The translations under genes were made by a program, and so were the position numbers. Shown one piece after another: positions 31,534 to 37,664 of a stretch of 40,576 nt of DNA (position 1 is the first letter of the stretch; every line of letters begins with the position of its first letter). Source of the DNA: a virus; IMG/VR virus record IMGVR_UViG_3300038545_000012, one strand, 5' to 3'. The notes beneath the pieces are model-generated. The model was not told where the DNA came from. It did no database searches and saw nothing but the letters and a program-made list of their open reading frames with translations.

Positions 31534-31836
31534 GTGGGAAATGTAACAGAAAGTATATACAGCGGCGAATATGTAATAATACCAATGCGTGAAGTTTGCT
31601 TTATACAAAGGGAGGCTAACGGAGCGGTCACAGTGGTTATGTCCGGCTCGACTTGGAATAGCGAGATAGATGCCTACAACAATGCCGCATATCTTCACGC
31701 AACAGAGGCTGAGTCGTTTAAAAAGTGTTGGTGTAGGTATCGCCATGAGTTAGAGTTAGACGACTTAAAGGAGATTGAAAGTGAAAGCAACAATACTAGT
31801 ACGAGATTTGGTAAAGCTTATCGCCAAGCATGGTGA
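31534..31836 (+). CDS. Hypothetical protein (about 100 aa, GTG start)
   Basis: AAGGAGATTGAAAGTG start context. The track ORF begins at TTG 31528. Confidence 0.5.
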   Translation: MGNVTESIYSGEYVIIPMREVCFIQREANGAVTVVMSGSTWNSEIDAYNNAAYLHATEAESFKKCWCRYRHELELDDLKEIESESNNTSTRFGKAYRQAW

Positions 31837-31966
31837 TTTGGATGTGAAAATGTGTGTCGCAACTGATAATCATGGCGAGCATGAGGCGAATTCTTTCAGT
31901 GTCGATGAGCTTAGAGGCGCGACAAAGAAAGTAACAGCATTCGAAATCTACGGAGAAGAACAATGA
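31781..31966 (+). CDS. Hypothetical protein (about 61 aa, GTG start)
   Basis: It has the identical AAGGAGATTGAAAGTG start context and overlaps the previous ORF by 56 nt. Confidence 0.45.
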   Translation: MKATILVRDLVKLIAKHGDLDVKMCVATDNHGEHEANSFSVDELRGATKKVTAFEIYGEEQ

Positions 31967-32214
31967 TAAACGAACAAGAATTAGCTGAGGCAATAGAAAC
32001 TATCTCAGAAGGTGGTCAGGCGCTAGGGGTTAGCTGCGAGGATGTTTATCGCCGGATGATGCGCAATGAAAAATTAATGTTTGCTGTGATGCAAGACATT
32101 CTTAGTGAAGATGACCTCGTTTTTCATGACTTCTTTTCTGCGTTCACCACTTACGCAGAATCAATGCTCAAAGAAGCCCTACGCGCAAAGCAGGAGGTGA
32201 GTGCAGGATGCTAA
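31963..32214 (+). CDS. Hypothetical protein (83 aa)
   Basis: ORF in the track. ATGA overlap. Confidence 0.5.
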   Translation: MINEQELAEAIETISEGGQALGVSCEDVYRRMMRNEKLMFAVMQDILSEDDLVFHDFFSAFTTYAESMLKEALRAKQEVSAGC

Positions 32215-32399
32215 CAATCTCAGACTTACTAGTAATGACACGCGGCAATCAATCAAAAGTTGCCCGTATGTTACGCATTCAGCGCGGCACGCTATCGAAT
32301 TACCTGAAGCTAAAGAAAGAGCACATGGTTATCGAGCGTGACGGAGAGTATCACTTATTCGCAAATATCAGCGAGCAGTACGGCAATGAGCACAATTAG
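32208..32399 (+). CDS. Fis/NtrC-type HTH protein (63 aa)
   Basis: GNQSKVARMLRIQRGTLSNYLK closely follows the Fis-type HTH pattern GN.S.AAR.LGI.R.TL.RKLK. Confidence 0.5.
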   Translation: MLTISDLLVMTRGNQSKVARMLRIQRGTLSNYLKLKKEHMVIERDGEYHLFANISEQYGNEHN

Positions 32400-32643
32400 A
32401 CGCACACCTAAGCCAGCATACGAGATACGCAAAGGGGTTTCTCTGCCGCAGCCATTAGATGAGCTTTATAAGGCTATTTACGAATCACGCATACCATTCG
32501 ATGAGCTATCAGAGAAGAGCGGCATACACACGGAGACAATGCGTAAATGGTTTAGCCTTGGCAATATGCCGACACTGTTTAGTTATATGGCAGTGGCTAA
32601 CGCTTTAGGCATGGAAGTGAAACTAACTGGTCAGAGTTGTTAA
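32386..32643 (+). CDS. XRE-type HTH protein (85 aa)
   Basis: LSEKSGIHTETMRKWFSLGNMPTLFSYMAVANALGMEV. I chose the internal ATG 32386. Confidence 0.5.
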   Translation: MSTIRRTPKPAYEIRKGVSLPQPLDELYKAIYESRIPFDELSEKSGIHTETMRKWFSLGNMPTLFSYMAVANALGMEVKLTGQSC

Positions 32644-32644
32644 C
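32623..32644 (-). repeat. Copy (f) of the conserved element (reverse orientation), followed by a partial second TAACTGG unit at 32641..32651
   Basis: CTAACTGGTCAGAGTTGTTAAC read directly. It overlaps the 3' end of the 32386..32643 gene. Confidence 0.75.
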
Positions 32645-32667
32645 TGGCTGGTTAGGATGTAAGGTTT

Positions 32668-32693
32668 AAGCGTCCCTAGCAATAGGGCGTTTT
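32668..32693 (+). terminator. Bulged hairpin AAGCG(T)CCCTA-GCAA-TAGGGCGTT with a T-run
   Basis: Read directly. One bulged T and a short U-tract. Confidence 0.45.
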
Positions 32694-32816
32694 GGGAATG
32701 GTTGGCACGGTGTGGCTGAGAGAGTGAGCACAAACCGTAAGTAAACCGAAGTTGGAAATCCATGCAATTTAAGGTAAGTCCAGCCATTTACCAAAGCGAA
32801 CAAAGGAGATTAAAAA

Positions 32817-33233
32817 GTGGAAATGTTATTAGTTGAGAAGTATAGAAAAGAAGCTGAAGCCCTTCGCACACAACTAGCAAAGGCTAATGAAAAGATAGAG
32901 AATCTTAATTTAGCGTTTATTGAAAGAAAGGCTTTATGCCGACAGGCTTTCGACGCAAACGAAAAGCTATCGAAGGAGCTAGCAAAGGCTAATGAGCGTG
33001 TTGATGGCCTTGAAAAGGCACTGGCAAATTGCGCAGATGCTTTGTACGAAAGCGACATAAATCACAAAAAAGCTATTAATAAGATACAAGCAGAATGCAT
33101 TGATGTCTTATTTGATTTTGCTGCAAAGAGGGATGATTCAGGATTTGCTATAGCTCTGTATGAGCAGCCATATGAAATTCAGGATGCCATAAGGACATTC
33201 AAGCAACTAAGCAAGGATCAATCAAATGGGTAA
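32817..33233 (+). CDS. Coiled-coil protein (138 aa), possibly Ead/Ea22-like, with two LAKANE motifs
   Basis: ORF in the track. GGAGATTAAAAAGTG start context. Heptad-like sequence. Confidence 0.5.
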   Translation: MEMLLVEKYRKEAEALRTQLAKANEKIENLNLAFIERKALCRQAFDANEKLSKELAKANERVDGLEKALANCADALYESDINHKKAINKIQAECIDVLFDFAAKRDDSGFAIALYEQPYEIQDAIRTFKQLSKDQSNG

Positions 33234-33561
33234 CGGTGTAACAGCAAGCAATACGGCATCAGTGAGCCAGCAACAAATTATCGACTCGCTAACGGCTAAA
33301 CTAGCAAAGGCTAATGAGCGCGCAGATGAGTTACTAGCAAGAGTTGGTGAGGCAGAAGCTAGACTAGCATCAGCAGCTATAACGGGTAGTAGCGCATACC
33401 CAAGTGATGCACTAAACAAATTCGCCATAGAGAAGAAGATTGAGGCGCTAGATTGCTGCATTAAGCGAAACGCGCTACTTACTCACGACTTTGATGAAAA
33501 GGTTATTTATGTTAGTGATATTCAGATTGATATAGAACAACTACGCAAGGAGCAAGAGTGA
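33226..33561 (+). CDS. Coiled-coil protein (111 aa), paralogue of the preceding gene
   Basis: It shares a LAKANER motif and an A[IL]NK[IF]..E.I[DE] segment with 32817..33233. Confidence 0.5.
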   Translation: MGNGVTASNTASVSQQQIIDSLTAKLAKANERADELLARVGEAEARLASAAITGSSAYPSDALNKFAIEKKIEALDCCIKRNALLTHDFDEKVIYVSDIQIDIEQLRKEQE

Positions 33562-33785
33562 TGATGCATCTAATCGGTAGTGATTGGTATTATAAAGCAG
33601 TAAAGATTTTAAAATCGCTAGAGGTCGCGAGAACAGCTCAAGTGGCAATACTTTTAAGAATAAAGACGCCTCAAGCGCTAAGGCTACTTAAGCAGATGGA
33701 GGTGGCTGGAGTGGTTGAAAAAGACAAGTCTAGTTGCTCAAACTGTTTCTCATGGAAATTAACAAAGGAGAAATCCCAATGCTAG
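33558..33785 (+). CDS. Winged-helix (MarR-like) DNA-binding protein (75 aa)
   Basis: ARTAQVAILLRIKTPQALRLLKQMEVAGVVEK. Confidence 0.4.
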   Translation: MMMHLIGSDWYYKAVKILKSLEVARTAQVAILLRIKTPQALRLLKQMEVAGVVEKDKSSCSNCFSWKLTKEKSQC

Positions 33786-33931
33786 CCTTCAAATATTCAG
33801 AATTCGCACACCTAATCCAAACAGAATTTTGGTATATGACAGCGAGTACAGGTGCAATAGCTGTTGTGTGCTGTGGTGTTACGATTGCTGTTGTTGAGCT
33901 GGTTAAGCCGCTGTTGAGGAGAGGGAAGTGA
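33779..33931 (+). CDS. Small membrane protein (50 aa)
   Basis: AAAGGAG lies 8 nt upstream of ATG 33779. There is one hydrophobic helix. Confidence 0.45.
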   Translation: MLAFKYSEFAHLIQTEFWYMTASTGAIAVVCCGVTIAVVELVKPLLRRGK

Positions 33932-34299
33932 GAGATATTAAGTTTAGGATGTTCAGTAAGGGAAGAAATAAAATTATTTCATGGGAAGAGTTGCAAAAAC
34001 TTCATGTGCATACGGTTTTTAGCATGATGACACCTGAATGCAGGTTGATGCAATACACCGGACTAAAAGACAAAAACGGCGTTGAGATTTATGAGGGTGA
34101 TATTGTTAAAGGTAAGTGTAGTTACGGGCATCCAATCAGTCTGAAAAGATTTATAGGTAAAGTTGAGTTTGGCTCAGGCTCTCTATCATTCATTGCGCAG
34201 GGTGTAAAGCAATACGAATGGAAGCAGTGCCACCTAGTAGAGTGTTCAAGGCTTGAAGTAATCGGCAACATCCATCAGAACCCTGAGCTACTATCATGA
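33928..34299 (+). CDS. YopX-family protein
   Basis: IKFRMF...MQYTGLKDKNGVEIYEGDIV...EVIGNIHQNPELL is the YopX signature. Confidence 0.8.
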   Translation: MRDIKFRMFSKGRNKIISWEELQKLHVHTVFSMMTPECRLMQYTGLKDKNGVEIYEGDIVKGKCSYGHPISLKRFIGKVEFGSGSLSFIAQGVKQYEWKQCHLVECSRLEVIGNIHQNPELLS

Positions 34300-34478
34300 A
34301 CCAATACACCTGCCATGCCGAGTTTAACACGCATCAGTATCCGTGGAGCGTAAAAGCGCAGAATCTAAGTCATGCTGAAAACGCCTACGAACAATGGCTA
34401 TGGATGGAGTATAACCTAACGAAAGACTGTGCAGATTACTGGCTTGTTGCAAAAGCTGAACACATGTGTAATGATTAA
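34296..34478 (+). CDS. Hypothetical protein (60 aa)
   Basis: ORF in the track. ATGA overlap. Confidence 0.5.
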   Translation: MNQYTCHAEFNTHQYPWSVKAQNLSHAENAYEQWLWMEYNLTKDCADYWLVAKAEHMCND

Positions 34479-34496
34479 CCCGTACCTGACCAGTAC
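34476..34496 (+). repeat. Degenerate copy (g) of the conserved element (TTAAC-N8-GACCAGTA)
   Basis: Read directly. The spacer is 8 nt rather than 6, and it lies 24 nt upstream of a terminator. Confidence 0.35.
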
Positions 34497-34519
34497 ACTT
34501 TCACAATCTCCCATTTTAA

Positions 34520-34544
34520 CCCCGTCCTCCACGGGGTTTTTTTT
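34520..34544 (+). terminator. Rho-independent terminator ending the rightward early/middle operon
   Basis: CCCCGT-CCTCC-ACGGGG followed by T8. Confidence 0.85.
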
Positions 34545-34589
34545 CGCCTGAATTAGCGTATACTAGGGTTATTAATCTTATAGGGGCTG

Positions 34590-36383
34590 ATGATGGCAAC
34601 GGCACTAATATTTCAAGGTGGAAATCAAAAGGCTACATTTTCACCTGTCACTCTAGCAGGTGATTTCACTTTAACAATTGTCGCTACAAACACTCAGAAC
34701 GGTTCATTTTTCGTATCTGGCGGCAACTCAGCTGGTGGCCTTGAGGTATATAGGAGCGGCTCAGGTAAGGTGTCTATATTTATAGGCGGTTCAATCCTGT
34801 TCAGTGGGAATGTCACCTTGTCTTCTACGTTTACATCTCCAGATACTATTGTTTTATCAAGGTCATCAGGGGTAATCTCGCTAACGGTTAACGGTACACC
34901 TGACGGCAGCGGCTCTAACTCAGATAGCCTTACTATCAGCACTTACGCAAACAGGGCTGGCGTTACCTCTACGGGTTTCGCGGCTGTTATGTATCTATAC
35001 TCATGTACCGTGTCAGGATTGCATAATTGGGATGCCGCAAGCAGCGATACTAGTAATACAGGCGCACAGCCAATCCTTGTTGATACGATAGGCGCAAACA
35101 ACGCAACAGGCGAGTCAATGCCAACTGACGGTAGCGCATGGGCTGTTGTTAGCGTGGCAGGTTTAGCAATTCAAACGCCAGATTATTCATTCTTTCGAGA
35201 TGGTAGCGGTAACAATGTCATAAGCGGCACGTACGCCGGAACTCCTGCTAGCATTGAGTATTCTATTGACGGGGGTGCATGGCAGGTTGGCGATGCTGCC
35301 CCAAGTGGCGAAACCTTCTCGTTTGCTGTATCAATACCGCAAGGGGAATCTACGGTAACGCTGCGATTTAGTGACGACATAGCTACAACTGATAGTGTTA
35401 TACTCGTTAACCCAGCACTTATAATTGCCTCAGGCGCAGTTCAGTCTAATTTTTCAGGTAGATTAGATAGCGCACAAACTTACACATCAGTTGGTGGCGT
35501 CAAGGCTTACATGCTTGGCAATGATGATGTGTATAAAGAGCTAGTAGACCCAACTGACAGCGTGACAAACCAAGTAGATGATGTGTCTAGGGAGAATGTA
35601 ACTGTTGGAGGCTCTTGGATTGTTAGATTCGCTAACGAATGGATAGCAAACCAAGGTACGCCGATTGCAATAGTTCAAAACGCAAAAGGCGGTACAACTA
35701 TTGGAGAGTGGCAAAAGGACAGTATAGATAGAGTCGGCGGTCTAAACCTTTATGAATCCATGGCAAGGCGCATTGCTTTGGTTGGTGGCGTAGATGTTAT
35801 ATTTGCCCAAATTGGCGAGACAGATTCAAACATAAACACAGACGCAACTGTCTATAAAAATGAATTTATTCAATTCGCTGCTGACGTAAAGGTAGATTTT
35901 GGAACAGATACATTTATTACACCGCTTCACACAATTACGGCAACTGGATTTGATGGTAATGGAACAACGACAGGGCAGGCCGCAATCAGGCAGGCTCAAA
36001 TCGATGCCGCCAGCGAATCTGTAAATATCAGCATTGGGTCATCGATTACAGATTTAGATGTTTCTGGCAATGATGGCTTGCATTTTAATACAGACGCGCA
36101 AGCTCAAACAATAGCTGAAAGAATGTATGCAAGTTACACGGGTGCTGTATCAAGCATCACGCTCAACATAGGTGCGCCTGATGGTACTTACCACCTTTAC
36201 CTTGCACAAGGTACGCAAGGGAATGTCACTAAGGTTTATGATGGCCCAGCTACTTTCGCAGGTGGCGGTACTACGGTTTCAGGATTGCCAGTTGCCCCAA
36301 GTACATTGCTAAGGGGCTTTGTTGATAGTAGTGACACTGCCGCGCTAGATACAGGCGATGGGGTTAAAGGGGTTACAGTCTAA
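34590..36383 (+). CDS. LamG-like + SASA/SGNH carbohydrate O-acetylesterase-like protein (597 aa)
   Basis: The N-terminus is a concanavalin/LamG-like beta-sandwich pattern. The central part has GAVQSNFSG (GQSNM-type), KGGTTIGEWQKD, FAQIGETDSN (WhQGEsD-type) and GNDGLHFN (DxxH block). Confidence 0.7.
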   Translation: MMATALIFQGGNQKATFSPVTLAGDFTLTIVATNTQNGSFFVSGGNSAGGLEVYRSGSGKVSIFIGGSILFSGNVTLSSTFTSPDTIVLSRSSGVISLTVNGTPDGSGSNSDSLTISTYANRAGVTSTGFAAVMYLYSCTVSGLHNWDAASSDTSNTGAQPILVDTIGANNATGESMPTDGSAWAVVSVAGLAIQTPDYSFFRDGSGNNVISGTYAGTPASIEYSIDGGAWQVGDAAPSGETFSFAVSIPQGESTVTLRFSDDIATTDSVILVNPALIIASGAVQSNFSGRLDSAQTYTSVGGVKAYMLGNDDVYKELVDPTDSVTNQVDDVSRENVTVGGSWIVRFANEWIANQGTPIAIVQNAKGGTTIGEWQKDSIDRVGGLNLYESMARRIALVGGVDVIFAQIGETDSNINTDATVYKNEFIQFAADVKVDFGTDTFITPLHTITATGFDGNGTTTGQAAIRQAQIDAASESVNISIGSSITDLDVSGNDGLHFNTDAQAQTIAERMYASYTGAVSSITLNIGAPDGTYHLYLAQGTQGNVTKVYDGPATFAGGGTTVSGLPVAPSTLLRGFVDSSDTAALDTGDGVKGVTV

Positions 36384-36715
36384 TGGCCTTTAATCAGTGG
36401 GGTACGTTCAACCAGTGGAGTGCATCAGCAGCTACGGTTAGTGCTTCTGTGACAGAGCAGTCTACTGATGCGTCTGAATCGTCTAACGCCTCCATTGTTG
36501 CGCCCGGTGTGATAGCCATAAGCGTAACTGAAGTTAGCGCGTCTTTCTCTGATGAATCTCAAACGCAAATAACCGGAAGTTTCTCAGCAGATGTAACCGA
36601 GGTTTCAAACAATTTCACTGAAACATGCTTTATTCAATTACCTGTTATAAGATTAAGCCCTAAAAAGGTTATACGTGTAACGGGTCGTCAAAAAACTTTG
36701 ATAAGGGTAAGATAA
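36383..36715 (+). CDS. Ser/Thr/Glu-rich repeat protein (110 aa) with a basic C-terminus
   Basis: ORF in the track. Three roughly 24-aa repeats are anchored on VTE[QV]S. Confidence 0.5.
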   Translation: MAFNQWGTFNQWSASAATVSASVTEQSTDASESSNASIVAPGVIAISVTEVSASFSDESQTQITGSFSADVTEVSNNFTETCFIQLPVIRLSPKKVIRVTGRQKTLIRVR

Positions 36716-37113
36716 TGACACAACGGTCAGTAGCAGAGTGTAACGCAGCGCTAAATGCAAGAAACGCATTAGCGAATGGTGGTAGTGTAGAAATACGTAG
36801 TGGTAACGCGGCAGATATTGACAGCGCCGCAACAGGCTCAGTGCTTGTTACGTTTACGCTGGGTAATCCTGCTTTCAGCACAGCAAGTAACCGGGCGTCA
36901 AGCCTAAACCTGCCAGCGGCAGTAACAGCAAGCGCAGATGGTACGGGTGCGCCATATCATTACGTATTAAAAGATTCAGGCGGTAACGTTTTGCGTAATG
37001 GTACAGCAGGCACAAGCGGTACGGACATGATTCTCAGTGCTGCAACATGGTCACTTGGTGATGATGTAGAAATCACGGCATGGACCACATCAGAGGGTAA
37101 AGGCACTAATTAA
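36715..37113 (+). CDS. Hypothetical Ala/Gly/Thr-rich beta protein (132 aa)
   Basis: ORF in the track. TAATG couplings on both sides. Confidence 0.5.
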   Translation: MTQRSVAECNAALNARNALANGGSVEIRSGNAADIDSAATGSVLVTFTLGNPAFSTASNRASSLNLPAAVTASADGTGAPYHYVLKDSGGNVLRNGTAGTSGTDMILSAATWSLGDDVEITAWTTSEGKGTN

Positions 37114-37664
37114 TGAAAGTTGGCAATCGCGAAAAGCAACCAAGGAAGTCACGCAAGTACAAGACCGCCGATGAATTGCAAGCGGCGATTGACGCTTATT
37201 TTTTAGAGCCACACGTTAAGACCATCTATTACAAAGGTGAGCCGATTGAAGTGCAAAAGGTGACGGTTGAGTATATCGCTATTCATCATTTGGGTTTCAA
37301 GTCTAAGCAGTCTCTTTATGATTACCGCAATCGCTACCCGCAAGAGGGGTATGACGAAGTAATTAATAACCTTATAGACCAAGTAACAGACTATTGGAAG
37401 TCACAAGGTGAAAACGGCAATGGCGCATTTGCTGCGCTTATGGTGTCAAGTCTTGGCAGAGATAAAGAGCAAATCAAGTTTGAGCGTGATATGCCATCAC
37501 TAAAGAAAGCCAGCAAGCTTTTAGAGTTAGCAGGCAAAGGTGAAATATCGCTTGATACTATGCAAAAAATGATGGCAGGCGTTAAAGCAGAGTCAGACAT
37601 AAACAAAGTAGACGAGCTTGAAAGGCTTGTGCGTGAGTTAGCGGATATGGCAGGTATTAAATGA
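37113..37664 (+). CDS. terS: Terminase small subunit
   Basis: It lies directly upstream of TerL. The N-terminus KYKTADELQAAIDAYFLE is typical of gp3-type small terminases. Confidence 0.6.
   Translation: MKVGNREKQPRKSRKYKTADELQAAIDAYFLEPHVKTIYYKGEPIEVQKVTVEYIAIHHLGFKSKQSLYDYRNRYPQEGYDEVINNLIDQVTDYWKSQGENGNGAFAALMVSSLGRDKEQIKFERDMPSLKKASKLLELAGKGEISLDTMQKMMAGVKAESDINKVDELERLVRELADMAGIK

Noticed and set aside
37144-37409. Two copies of GGAAGTCAC about 250 bp apart inside terS, as a possible pac signal
   Set aside because: A repeated 9-mer within 550 bp is expected by chance about half the time. My memory of the P22 pac sequence is not reliable enough to claim similarity.
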